Shown: piece by piece, positions 42,824-52,037 of the stretch | Layout of the letters: every line of letters begins with the position of its first letter | How positions within the stretch are numbered: the first letter of the stretch is position 1 | Assembly: GCF_030814995.1 (NCBI RefSeq) | Contig: NZ_JAUSVX010000002.1 | Coordinates: 637,785-701,784, forward strand | From: Labrys wisconsinensis | GTDB taxonomy: Bacteria; Pseudomonadota; Alphaproteobacteria; Rhizobiales; Labraceae | Direction: 5' to 3' | Length of the DNA stretch: 64,000 nt | Made by a program: the position numbers and the translations under genes | The notes under the pieces: model-generated | Databases searched by the model: none | What the model saw: only the letters and a program-made list of their open reading frames with translations | What the model was told of the DNA's origin: nothing

Positions 42824-44455
42824 ATGGCGGTGACCATCGACGGCCGACGCATGACCGGGCAGAAGGTGGTGCGGGCGGCGCGCCCCGGCCCTGCCGGCCG
42901 CTGGGAGAAGGCGGTGCTCGCCCCGGCGGCGCGCGAGCGCATCGGCGAGGCGCGCGCCTATATCGAGCGCAACTGGCTCACCGACGACGCGCCGCTGATG
43001 TACGCCTTCAACACCGGCGTCGGCCTGTTCAAGGACGTGCGCATCCCGATCGCCGACATGGCGCGCTACCAGGACCAGACGATCCGCGCCCATGCCACGG
43101 GCATCGGCGAGCCGCTGCCGCGCGATGCGGTGCGCGCCACCATGCTGCTGCGCGCCAACGCCTTCGCCTCGGCCTATTCCGGCGCGACGCTCGGGCTGAT
43201 CGACCGGCTGACCGGCTTCCTCAATGCCGGGCTGCATCCGGTGATCCCGGCCAAGGGCTCGGTCGGGGCTTCCGGCGACCTCGCCCCCCTCGCCTATCTC
43301 GCCGGCGCCATCCGCGGCTTCGAGGACGTCGCGGTCGAGTACAAGGGCCGGATCTACCCGGCCCCCGAGGCGGCACGCCGGGCGGGCCTGGCGCCGGACT
43401 ATCCGATGGGCGCCAAGGAAGCCTCGGCCATCATCAACGGCTCGACGGTGTCGCTGGCCATCGCGACGCTGGCGGCCGAGGATGCCGGGCGCATCCGCAA
43501 GCATGCCGACGTGGCGCTCTGCCTGTCGCTCGAGGCGCTGCGCGGCGAGCTCGCCGCCTTCGACCAGCGCGTCCACGCCGCCCGCCCCCATCCCGGCCAG
43601 GCGCGGGTGGCGCGCAACGTGCTGCGCATCGCCGGCGAGTCCCGCCGCTGCTCGGAGGCGGCGCGGGCGGTGCTCTATCCCGACGAGACGCGCGATCCGG
43701 CGAAACCGATCCCGCTGCGGGTGCAGGACGTCTATTCCCTGCGCTGCGCGCCGCAGGTGCACGGGCCGGTCGCCGACGCGCTCGACTATATCGACGGCAT
43801 CCTGACGACCGAGATGAACTCGGCCACCGACAACCCGCTGATGTTCGCGGACGGGGACGACCGCTTCGTCTCGATCTCCGGCGGGCATTTCCATGGCGCC
43901 TATGTCGCCCAGGCCATGGATCTGCTCGCCATCGCCATGGCTGACCTCGGCGCCATCTCCGAGCGGCGCCTCGCCCGCCTGATCGACCCGGCGATGAGCT
44001 ACGGCCTGCCGCGCAACCTGGTGGCCGGCCAGCGCGGCCTCAACACCGGCTATGCCACGGTGCAGTGCTCGATGTCGGCCCTGGTGATGGAGAACCGTTC
44101 GCTGGCCACGCCCGGCTCGGTCGATTCGATCCCCGGCAAGGGCAATGCCGAGGACCACGTCTCCAACTCCACCTGGTGCGCCCGCAAGGCCCGCACCATC
44201 GTGGAGAATGTCGAGCAGATCGTCGCGGTCGAGATGCTGCTGGCGGCCCAGGCGCTGTCGCTGGTGGCCGAGCGCAGCAAGGACCATCCGATCGGACGGG
44301 GGTCACGCGCCGCCCTCGAGGCGATCCGGGCCAGAATCGAGCCGGCGCTCGCCGGCGACCGCTGGTATCATCACGAACTGGCTGCCATCCTCGACCTCGC
44401 CCGCTCCGGCACCATCGTGGCGGCAGTGGAGGAGGCGGTGGGAGCGCTGGAATAG
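42824..44455 (+). CDS. Aromatic amino-acid ammonia-lyase family protein (HAL/PAL/TAL, MIO cofactor)
   Basis: 543 aa with the MIO-forming triad in GSVGASGDLAPLAYLA, N-terminal YAFNTGVG, and ...NPLM.... Not flanked by hutU/hutI/hutG. Confidence 0.85.
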   Translation: MAVTIDGRRMTGQKVVRAARPGPAGRWEKAVLAPAARERIGEARAYIERNWLTDDAPLMYAFNTGVGLFKDVRIPIADMARYQDQTIRAHATGIGEPLPRDAVRATMLLRANAFASAYSGATLGLIDRLTGFLNAGLHPVIPAKGSVGASGDLAPLAYLAGAIRGFEDVAVEYKGRIYPAPEAARRAGLAPDYPMGAKEASAIINGSTVSLAIATLAAEDAGRIRKHADVALCLSLEALRGELAAFDQRVHAARPHPGQARVARNVLRIAGESRRCSEAARAVLYPDETRDPAKPIPLRVQDVYSLRCAPQVHGPVADALDYIDGILTTEMNSATDNPLMFADGDDRFVSISGGHFHGAYVAQAMDLLAIAMADLGAISERRLARLIDPAMSYGLPRNLVAGQRGLNTGYATVQCSMSALVMENRSLATPGSVDSIPGKGNAEDHVSNSTWCARKARTIVENVEQIVAVEMLLAAQALSLVAERSKDHPIGRGSRAALEAIRARIEPALAGDRWYHHELAAILDLARSGTIVAAVEEAVGALE

Positions 44456-44487
44456 AACGGCGGCCCGACGCCGCGGGAGGGGAAGCC

Positions 44488-44796
44488 ATGGCCAGGATCC
44501 TGGTGCTCTACAAGACGCCGAAGGACCGCGACGCCTTCGACCGCTACTACGCCGCGACCCACATCCCGGTCGCCAAGGCGATCCCGGGCCTCAAGGCCTA
44601 TGACATCAGCCGCGGCACCGTCGCCACGCCCGCCGGGCCGTCGTCGATCCATCTGGTGGCGACGCTGACCTTCGAATCCCTCGCCGCCATCGAGGCGGCC
44701 TTCGCCTCGCCCGAGGGCAAGGCGGCCGCCGCCGACCTCGCCAACTTCGCCGATGGCGGGGTCGACCTCCTCGTCTTCGACACCGAGCCCGTCTGA
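44488..44796 (+). CDS. EthD-like / Dabb-type small protein (102 aa)
   Basis: MARILVLYKTPKDRDAFDRYYAATHIPVAKAIPGLKAYDISRG.... A GGGAGGGGAAG Shine-Dalgarno sequence is present. Lies 33 nt after the lyase gene. Confidence 0.6.
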   Translation: MARILVLYKTPKDRDAFDRYYAATHIPVAKAIPGLKAYDISRGTVATPAGPSSIHLVATLTFESLAAIEAAFASPEGKAAAADLANFADGGVDLLVFDTEPV

Positions 44797-44875
44797 GACG
44801 GACCCGGAGCCTGCACCAAGCCGTCGCGCCGCCGGGCGCGTCCAAGACCAACGCCGAGAGCCCCCGAGGAACACC

Positions 44876-45805
44876 ATGATCGTCGTCTGCGGCGAAGCCC
44901 TGATCGACTTCCTGCCCGTCAAGAGCGCCGACGGCCGCGACGCCTACCGGCCCGCCGTCGGCGGCAGCCCGTTCAACACGGCGGTCGGCATCGGGCGCCT
45001 CGGCGGCGAGGTCGGCTTCTGCGCCGCCCTCTCCACCGACTTCTTCGGCGACCAGCTCGCCGAGGCGCTGGAGCGCGCGCGCGTGTCGCTGCGCTACACG
45101 GTGCGGGCGCGGCGGCCCTCGATGCTGGCCTTCGTCTCGCTCGGCGACGGCGAGCCGCACTATGCCTTCATCGACGAGGCCTCGGCCAACCGCCTGTTCG
45201 ACCCCGAGCACGACGCGCCGGCGCTGCTGCCCGACGTCAGCATGCTGTGGACCGGCTCGGTGGCGCTGATCAACGACCCCATCGCCTCCGCCTATGAGAC
45301 GCTGTTCCTCGCCAACAAGGGCCATCGCGTGCTCGGCATGGACCCGAACGTGCGCCCGACCGTGGTCGGCGACGCCGACGAGTACCGGGCCCGCATGAAG
45401 CGGATGACCGAGACGGCCGACATCATCAAGATCTCCAAGGCCGACCTGATGTGGCTGGACGCTTCGGTGAATCCGGACGGCTGGGCGCGCGCGCTGGTGC
45501 ACAGGGGCGCCAGCCTGGTGGTGATCACCGACGGCAGCCACGGCGCCACCGGCTATGGCCGCGGCTTCTCCATGGTGCGGCCGGTGGTGCATGTCGATCA
45601 GGTGGCCGACACGGTGGGCGCCGGCGACAGCTATTCCAGCGGCCTGCTCACGGTGCTGCAGCGCGAGGGCGTGCTCGCCATCGACAGGCTCGACGGCATC
45701 ACCGAGGAGGTCGTGCGCCGCGCCATGGATTATGCCGCCCGCACCGCCGCCATCACCGTGTCGCGCGAAGGCGCCGATCCGCCCTGGGATCACGAGATGA
45801 TCTGA
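44876..45805 (+). CDS. PfkB-family carbohydrate kinase (fructokinase-like)
   Basis: 309 aa, MIVVCGEALIDFLP..., with the C-terminal DTVGAGDSYSSGLL anion-hole motif. Confidence 0.85.
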   Translation: MIVVCGEALIDFLPVKSADGRDAYRPAVGGSPFNTAVGIGRLGGEVGFCAALSTDFFGDQLAEALERARVSLRYTVRARRPSMLAFVSLGDGEPHYAFIDEASANRLFDPEHDAPALLPDVSMLWTGSVALINDPIASAYETLFLANKGHRVLGMDPNVRPTVVGDADEYRARMKRMTETADIIKISKADLMWLDASVNPDGWARALVHRGASLVVITDGSHGATGYGRGFSMVRPVVHVDQVADTVGAGDSYSSGLLTVLQREGVLAIDRLDGITEEVVRRAMDYAARTAAITVSREGADPPWDHEMI

Positions 45806-45902
45806 CGGGGCGCTTTTGCCGCGCGAGAGGCTTGTCAACGCGGACGCCGTTCGCTATGGAACCGGCCTCGCGGCGCCGGCGGCGCCGCGGACCACCGCCT
45901 GG

Positions 45903-45976
45903 TGGGGGATAGTTCAACGGTAGAACAGCGGACTCTGACTCCGTTAATCTTGGTTCGAATCCAGGTCCCCCAGCCA
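45903..45976 (+). tRNA. tRNA-Gln (anticodon CTG)
   Basis: TGGGGGATAGTTCAACGGTAGAACAGCGGACTCTGACTCCGTTAATCTTGGTTCGAATCCAGGTCCCCCAGCCA. Acceptor TGGGGGA/TCCCCCA, anticodon loop CTCTGAC. Confidence 0.85.
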
Positions 45977-46202
45977 CGCCGAACGACTCGACGAATCATC
46001 GCCGTCTTCGTCCCGCGCCGGCAAAGTGCCGCATCCGGGGAGGGAGCGGCGCGCGGCCGATCCGTCGAGGCGGGCCGGACGCGCCGTAACCGTGTGGCAT
46101 CTCTCTTCGCGGACCGACGAAGAGAATGCTGTTTGGGGCTCGGCCTGTCACACGTGTGGTGTAGGGTCCGCGTTGCACGGCAGGCATCGGACGAGGAGCC
46201 TT

Positions 46203-46559
46203 ATGATGCGGCGATTCACATTGGGACTCATGATCGTCATCGGCTCCGTCCCGGCGGTTCACGCCGCGGAGTTCCTCACTCCGGATCAGATCAAGACGAC
46301 GTTTGTGACGGGCGTTCCCTTCACGGCGGAGACGCTGGCCGGGAAAGCGCGGACGATCACCTTGAAGGCGGACGGTTCGGCGGAGGTCGTGTCCAAAGGG
46401 CAGAAAAAGGGCGAGACCGGCAAATGGCGCCTCTCGACCGACGGCTATTGCTCGACCTGGGGCAAAGGAACGGAGAATTGCTTTCTCATCAAGAAGGTGG
46501 GGAAGAAGTACGCGGTGATGACGGCGAAGAAGGAAGTCGTCGCGCACTGGTCCAAGTGA
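46203..46559 (+). CDS. Small secreted hypothetical protein (118 aa), lower GC than surroundings
   Basis: MMRRFTLGLMIVIGSVPAVHAAEFLTPDQIKTTFVTGVPFTAETLAGKARTITLKADGSAEVVSKGQKKGETGKWRL.... GAGGAG Shine-Dalgarno sequence. Atypical codons (ttt, aaa, ttg) for this genome. Confidence 0.65.
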   Translation: MMRRFTLGLMIVIGSVPAVHAAEFLTPDQIKTTFVTGVPFTAETLAGKARTITLKADGSAEVVSKGQKKGETGKWRLSTDGYCSTWGKGTENCFLIKKVGKKYAVMTAKKEVVAHWSK

Positions 46560-46693
46560 TCCCTCGCCGGTTGGCCGCGGGCGCCGGAGTGCGCCCCTAG
46601 CCGGGGTGTCTTCCACTCGGCGCCGGAACAGCCGTGCTCCGCTGTGCGATTCGTTACATCGCCTTTTAAGGGTTTTGTGCGTGCAATGCCGGC

Positions 46694-47743
46694 ATGGCAA
46701 AGCCCAGACACCCGCGCAGCCGCGCGCACGGCCTGCCGCCGGCCGCCATGGTCCGGCGCGCCCTGCCCTCGCGCATCGATCCGGCCCAGCCGGCGCTCGC
46801 GCTCGATCCGATGCCGACGCGGATCGAGCCTTGCCTGGCGCTGCTGGCGCCGAAGCTGCCGACGGGGGCCGATTGGGCCTATGAGGTCAAGCTCGACGGG
46901 TACAGGCTCGCCGTGCATGTCGAGCCCAGCGGCGTGCGGCTGCTGACGCGCGCCGGCCACGACTGGACGCATCGCTTCCCGGCCATCGCCGATGCGGCGC
47001 GCGCCCTCGGCCCCGCCACGCTGATCCTCGACGGCGAGGCCGTGGTTCTGGACGGCGAGGGCCGTTCCGATTTCGGCCTGCTGCAACGGGCGCTCGGCGG
47101 CGGTGGCGGCACGCGCGCCGCCGTCGAGGCGGTCCTCTACGCCTTCGACCTGCTGTATGCGGACGGACGCGACATCGGCCGCATGCCTCTCGCCGAGCGC
47201 CGGCAGATGCTGGAGACGATCGTGCCCGCCGGCGGCTCGGGGGCGATCCGCCTGTCCGAGGAGATCGCCGCCGGGGGCGAGGCGCTTCTGCGCGCCGCCT
47301 GCAAGCAGGGGCTCGAAGGCGTCGTCGCCAAGCATCGCGACCGCCCCTATCGCAGCGGCCGGCACGACGACTGGCTGAAGGTCAAATGCGCGCAGTCCGA
47401 CAGCTTCGCGGTGATCGGCTACGAGCCCTCGGCCACGCTTCCCGGCGCCATCGACAGCCTGGTGCTCGCGGCGCGGCGCGGCGACGCGCTGGTCCATGTC
47501 GGCGAGGTCGGCATCGGCTTCACCCAGCTTTCGGCCTGGGCGCTGCGCGAGGAGCTGGACCGGATCCGCACCGGCAAGCCGCAACTGCCGATCAAGGACA
47601 GACGCATCGTCTGGGTGAAGCCCGTCCGGGTCGCCGAGATCGAGCATCGCGGGTGGACGAAGGACGGGACGCTCCGGCACCCCTCGTTCAAGGGCCTGCG
47701 CGACGAGGCGGACGCGGCCGGGGTGTGCCGGATCGACGCGTGA
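46694..47743 (+). CDS. Stand-alone ATP-dependent DNA ligase (LigD ligase-domain-like)
   Basis: Contains the KxDG adenylation motif EVKLDGYRL, plus ...LDGEAVV..., ...EGVVAK... and ...DWLKVK.... The start is uncertain (alternative ATG at 46811 giving MPTRIEPCLALLAPKLP). Confidence 0.8.
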   Translation: MAKPRHPRSRAHGLPPAAMVRRALPSRIDPAQPALALDPMPTRIEPCLALLAPKLPTGADWAYEVKLDGYRLAVHVEPSGVRLLTRAGHDWTHRFPAIADAARALGPATLILDGEAVVLDGEGRSDFGLLQRALGGGGGTRAAVEAVLYAFDLLYADGRDIGRMPLAERRQMLETIVPAGGSGAIRLSEEIAAGGEALLRAACKQGLEGVVAKHRDRPYRSGRHDDWLKVKCAQSDSFAVIGYEPSATLPGAIDSLVLAARRGDALVHVGEVGIGFTQLSAWALREELDRIRTGKPQLPIKDRRIVWVKPVRVAEIEHRGWTKDGTLRHPSFKGLRDEADAAGVCRIDA

Positions 47744-48013
47744 ACACCCTCCACGTTGCCCGCTGACATTCGCCGCGGCGGCCATCGATCCCGCGGTCGT
47801 CGCGGACCGCTTCTTCTCCCTGCTGGTGCCGGCGGTCAGCAACGCCGTGGCTGCCTGAGGGCGCGCGGCGACGGCGCCCGACGACCAGCTCTCGAACCGC
47901 GGCGGCATCTAGTGCGCGCCGCCGGTCGAGAAGGCGCTTGACGAAGCGCCGGCGACGCGCTCGATCGTGCTCGACGGGTCCGGACGGCGGACCGTCGGGA
48001 GAGCGGACCGGGC

Positions 48014-48976
48014 ATGGCGGACGGCGCCGGACAGGACGAGACCGCGGCCATGATCCGCATCCCAGGCGGCAGCTTCCGCATGGGCTCGGACAGCCACTAT
48101 GCCGAGGAGGCGCCGGCCCACCGCGTCACGGTCGACGGCTTCTGGATCGACGCCGCGCCCGTCACCAACCGGCAGTTCCGTGCCTTCGTCGCGGCGACGG
48201 GCCATGTCACCTCCGCCGAGATCGCGCCGGACCCGAAGGACTATCCCGGGGCGCTGCCGCACCTGCTGCGGGCGGGCTCGCTGGTGTTCAACCCGCCCTC
48301 CCACGCCGTCGGCCTCGACGACTGGTCGCAGTGGTGGACGTTCAAGGTCGGCGCCCACTGGCGCAAGCCCTACGGTTCCGGCTCCTCGATCAAGGGCCTC
48401 GACGACCATCCCGTGGTGCATGTCGCCTATCGCGATGCCGAGGCCTATGCCGCCTGGGCCGGCAAGGCGCTGCCGACCGAGGCGGAATGGGAGTTCGCCG
48501 CCCGTGGCGGGCTGGAGGGCGCCGAGTTCGCCTGGGGCGACGAGTTCACGCCGGCGGGGCGGCACATGGCCAACACCTGGCAGGGCGCGTTCCCGCACGA
48601 GAACAGCCGGGAGGACGGCTATGCCCGCACCTCGCCGGTCACCGCCTTTCCCCCGAACGGCTACGGCGTCCTCGACATGATCGGCAATGCCTGGGAATGG
48701 ACCAGCGACTGGTGGTCGGCCCGCCACCCCGCCGACGCGCCCAAGGCCTGCTGCGTGCCGGTGAACCCGCGCGGCGGGTCGGAAGCGGCGAGCTACGATC
48801 CCGGCCAGCCCGCCATCCGCATCCCGCGCAGGGTGCTGAAGGGCGGCTCGCACCTCTGCGCGCCGGGCTATTGCCGCCGCTATCGTCCGGCGGCCCGCCA
48901 TGCCGAGGCCGTCGACACCTCGACCAGCCATATCGGCTTTCGCTGCGTGGTGCGCGATGGCGCGGCGGGCCGGTAG
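48014..48976 (+). CDS. Formylglycine-generating-enzyme (FGE/SUMF1/EgtB/PvdO) family protein
   Basis: 320 aa, ...IPGGSFRMGSD...RVTVDGFWID...VTN..F..F...GNAWEWTSDWW...RVLKGGSHLC. Confidence 0.8.
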   Translation: MADGAGQDETAAMIRIPGGSFRMGSDSHYAEEAPAHRVTVDGFWIDAAPVTNRQFRAFVAATGHVTSAEIAPDPKDYPGALPHLLRAGSLVFNPPSHAVGLDDWSQWWTFKVGAHWRKPYGSGSSIKGLDDHPVVHVAYRDAEAYAAWAGKALPTEAEWEFAARGGLEGAEFAWGDEFTPAGRHMANTWQGAFPHENSREDGYARTSPVTAFPPNGYGVLDMIGNAWEWTSDWWSARHPADAPKACCVPVNPRGGSEAASYDPGQPAIRIPRRVLKGGSHLCAPGYCRRYRPAARHAEAVDTSTSHIGFRCVVRDGAAGR

Positions 48977-49092
48977 GGGCCCGGTCCGGCGGGTGGTGCC
49001 GCATGCCGCCGCCGGGCCACGGCGGGATTGGCGAGACGCAACCCTTGCGATAGCGTCCTTCCCATCGCCGCGTTCGGCGATCGAGAAAGAAC

Positions 49093-50049
49093 ATGGCGTT
49101 GTGGTCGGCCGAGATCCGGGGCATCGAGGATCTGAACCAGGCAGTCGCCGGGGCGGATCTCGAAATCGTGCCGCTCGCCCCAGGCCCCTTGCAGGGGCGC
49201 CTGTTCCACGCGCCGATCGATACGGTTTGCCTCAGCGCCGGCGAATTCGGCTCCAGCATCCGGGCACGCGGGCTGATGAACGCCGAGCAGGTCACCATCG
49301 GCATGATGCTGGAGACCGATGGCTGCTGGCAATGGTCCTGGGACACGCGTCCGGGCGACGCCGTGCTGTTCCCCAGCGGCTCGGAGCAGGAGGGGCGCTT
49401 CATCGGCCGCTCGGCCTATGCCACCGTCTCCCTCCCGGTCGACCGGCTTGCCGCGCTGTTCGCCACCGAGCCGGACCTCGGCGATCCCGCCTTCTGGTCG
49501 CGGATCCGCCATTGCCGCCCACCCATCGAGGTGCAGGCGCACACGGCCCGGATCGTCGGCCGGATGGTCGCCGCGGTGCGAGGCGGCGCCGCGGACCTCC
49601 CCGGCCGCGGCGCGGCCCTGTTCGGGCGTGCGATCGTCGAGGCGTTCGCCACCGGCATCCTGATGCAGCAGCCCGAGCGCGGCGGCGAATATCCCGAGAG
49701 CCGGCTGATCCGCTCGGTGGAGGACCTCGTGCGGGCGCGCAGCGCCGAGCCTCTGCACATCTCGCAGATCTGCGCCGAACTCGGCGTATCGCGCCGTTCG
49801 CTCCAGCGCGCTTTTGCCCGCACCCTCGGCATCGGACCGGCGACCTATCTGCGCAACCGTCGCCTCGGCCAGGTCCGGACCGCGCTGCAGCGAGGCGACG
49901 GGAAGGGGCGCAGCATTGCCAGCCTCGCCTTCGACCACGGCTTCTGGGACTCCGGCCGCTTCGCCCGGGCCTATCGCGCCATGTTCGGCGAAATGCCTTC
50001 GGAGACCCGGGCCCTCCGGCAGAGGTCGGCCGCGGGGCTGGCCGTCTGA
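49093..50049 (+). CDS. AraC-family transcriptional regulator
   Basis: 318 aa, with a C-terminal HTH (LHISQICAELGVSRRSLQRAFARTLGIGPATYLRNRRL). Confidence 0.8.
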   Translation: MALWSAEIRGIEDLNQAVAGADLEIVPLAPGPLQGRLFHAPIDTVCLSAGEFGSSIRARGLMNAEQVTIGMMLETDGCWQWSWDTRPGDAVLFPSGSEQEGRFIGRSAYATVSLPVDRLAALFATEPDLGDPAFWSRIRHCRPPIEVQAHTARIVGRMVAAVRGGAADLPGRGAALFGRAIVEAFATGILMQQPERGGEYPESRLIRSVEDLVRARSAEPLHISQICAELGVSRRSLQRAFARTLGIGPATYLRNRRLGQVRTALQRGDGKGRSIASLAFDHGFWDSGRFARAYRAMFGEMPSETRALRQRSAAGLAV

Positions 50050-50119
50050 CCGGCGGGCATGCCGATCGCGCATGGCGACGGCACGAAGTCCGACAAGGTG
50101 CCTGCACTTTGCCGGCGCG

Positions 50120-51265
50120 ATGCCTATCTGTCGGGATGCCGGCCGCAGCCGTCCCGTGCCGATCGCCATCTCATCGGAGCTCCCCGCCTTGCCCACGCTG
50201 TTCGATCCGATCCGCCTCGGCGCGATCCTCGCCCGCAACCGCATCCTGATGGCGCCGCTCACCCGTGGGCGCGGCACCATGGATCACGTGCCGACCTCGA
50301 TGATGATCGACTATTACCGCCAGCGGGCCGGCGCCGGCCTGATCCTCACGGAAGCGACCGGGATCAGCGCGCAGGGCCTGGGCTGGCCCCACGCGCCGGG
50401 GATCTGGAGCGCGGCGCAGGTCGAGGCATGGCGGCCGATCACCGCCGCCGTGCACCAGGCCGGCGGGCTGATCTTCTCGCAGCTCTGGCACATGGGGCGG
50501 CTGGTGCATCCCAGCCTGCCCGGCCGCGGGCAGCCGATCTCCTCCTCGGCCACCACCATGACCGGTCTGGCGCGGACCTATGAGGGCAAGCAGCCGCATG
50601 TCCAGGCACGGGCGATGACGGCCGAGGACATCCGCAGCGTCCTCGGCGACTACCGGACCGCCGCGCTCAACGCCCGCGCCGCCGGCTTCGATGGCGTCGA
50701 GATCCATGCGGCGAACGGCTATCTCATCGACCAGTTCCTGCGCGACAACGCCAATTTCCGCGACGACGCCTATGGCGGCTCGATCGAGAACCGCATCCGC
50801 TTCCTCATCGAGGTGACCGAGACCGTCGTCGAGGCCGTCGGCGCCGACCGCACCGCGGTGCGCCTCTCCCCGAACGAGGAGCGCCAGGGTGTCAACGACA
50901 GCAATCCCGGCCCGCTGTTCGAGGCGGCGGCCACGGCCCTGTCCAAGCTCGGCATCGCCTTCCTGGAGGTGCGCGAGCCCGGCTTCGAGGGCACCAACGG
51001 CCGGGCCGAGCGGCCGCCGATCGCCCCGCGCATGCACGCCGCCTTCGACGGCCCCTTCGTGCTCAACTCCGACTATGACGGCGCCAGGGCGCAGGCGGCG
51101 CTCGATGCCGGCGAGGCCGACGCCGTCTCCTTCGGCCGCCCCTTCATCGCCAATCCCGACCTGCCGGCGCGCCTCGCGAAGGGCATGCCGCTGGCGGCGG
51201 ACGAGATGGCAACGTGGTACGAGGGCGGCAAGCGCGGCTATATCGACTATGGAACGGCGACGTGA
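50120..51265 (+). CDS. Old Yellow Enzyme family NADH:flavin oxidoreductase (alkene reductase, NemA-like)
   Basis: ...LFDPIRLGAILARNRILMAPLTRGR...HAANGYLIDQFLRD..., typical OYE motifs. The start is uncertain (ATG at 50120 or a downstream TTG near 50186). Confidence 0.85.
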   Translation: MPICRDAGRSRPVPIAISSELPALPTLFDPIRLGAILARNRILMAPLTRGRGTMDHVPTSMMIDYYRQRAGAGLILTEATGISAQGLGWPHAPGIWSAAQVEAWRPITAAVHQAGGLIFSQLWHMGRLVHPSLPGRGQPISSSATTMTGLARTYEGKQPHVQARAMTAEDIRSVLGDYRTAALNARAAGFDGVEIHAANGYLIDQFLRDNANFRDDAYGGSIENRIRFLIEVTETVVEAVGADRTAVRLSPNEERQGVNDSNPGPLFEAAATALSKLGIAFLEVREPGFEGTNGRAERPPIAPRMHAAFDGPFVLNSDYDGARAQAALDAGEADAVSFGRPFIANPDLPARLAKGMPLAADEMATWYEGGKRGYIDYGTAT

Positions 51266-51281
51266 TGGGCTCAGTCAGCGG

Positions 51282-51644
51282 TCAGCGAGACCCGTCTCGT
51301 CCCCTCCCGTCATCGAAGCACTCCTTCGCCATCTGCTCCTCGAAAACCTCGAACCGGGTCGTCCCCTCGATCGGTGCAACCGAACTCGGCCAATCGGTCT
51401 CGATCCAGACGACACCCCGGCCGCTCGCGTCGTGGCCTCGGGATGTAACGTGGCAGGGCAATTCGCCCGGTTGGGGATAGCAACTGTCCCGCCCCAGCTC
51501 CGCCGTCGTCACATAGGGCACCTTCACCAGAAGACGCCAAGTCGTGCCAAACCGGTCATCGAAACGACATTCGACGAAACCCGGTTGATAGTCGTCGACC
51601 CACCCCGCAATCGAGACTTTGATCAGATCGTCGGGACCGGACAC
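51282..51644 (-). CDS. Hypothetical protein (~120 aa), start uncertain (GTG?)
   Basis: ...KVSIAGWVDDYQPGFVECRFDDRFGTTWRLLVKVPYVTTAELG...VVWIETDWPSSVAPIEGTTRFEVFEEQ. Coherent protein-like sequence. The upstream part of the track ORF overlaps the preceding gene, so an internal start was assumed. Confidence 0.35.
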   Translation of the reverse strand: MSGPDDLIKVSIAGWVDDYQPGFVECRFDDRFGTTWRLLVKVPYVTTAELGRDSCYPQPGELPCHVTSRGHDASGRGVVWIETDWPSSVAPIEGTTRFEVFEEQMAKECFDDGRGRDGSR

Positions 51645-51652
51645 GGAAGCGC

Positions 51653-51967
51653 TCAGCTCGCGCCGAGGCGCGCCAGCACCTCGCCCGGAATGCCGTAGTC
51701 GCGGATGGTCTGCGCCGTGTTGCGCAGGCCGAGCAGCTCGCGCTGGATGAAATAGGCATGCACCGCCCACGCGGCCGCCGAGAGCAGCGCCTTGCGCTCC
51801 TCCGCCGGCCCGTCGAAGCCGCGCAGGGCCGCGATCGCGGTCTCGACCTTGCGTCCGGCATGGCCGAGGCTCGCGGCCTGCTCGGCACGCACCTCATGGC
51901 CGAGGACGTCGAAGCCGGTCTCGACGGGCGAGGCGCGGCCGATCGTGCTGGGTGGGCGGACTGTCAT
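51653..51967 (-). CDS. Hypothetical protein (104 aa)
   Basis: MTVRPPSTIGRASPVETGFDVLGHEVRAEQAASLGHAGRKVETAIAALRGFDGPAEERKALLSAAAWAVHAYFIQRELLGLRNTAQTIRDYGIPGEVLARLGAS. Helical, regulator/antitoxin-like in size. Confidence 0.5.
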   Translation of the reverse strand: MTVRPPSTIGRASPVETGFDVLGHEVRAEQAASLGHAGRKVETAIAALRGFDGPAEERKALLSAAAWAVHAYFIQRELLGLRNTAQTIRDYGIPGEVLARLGAS

Positions 51968-52037
51968 GCCAGAGCCATGGTCGCGCCGTCGCCGGCGCGG
52001 CGCAACCGGGAACAGCGGCGGCGATGTGGCGCAGGCT

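Noticed and set aside
42350-44287. 645-aa minus-strand ORF
   Set aside because: Antisense to the ammonia-lyase gene, with low-complexity translation. The plus-strand product has the MIO ASG motif.
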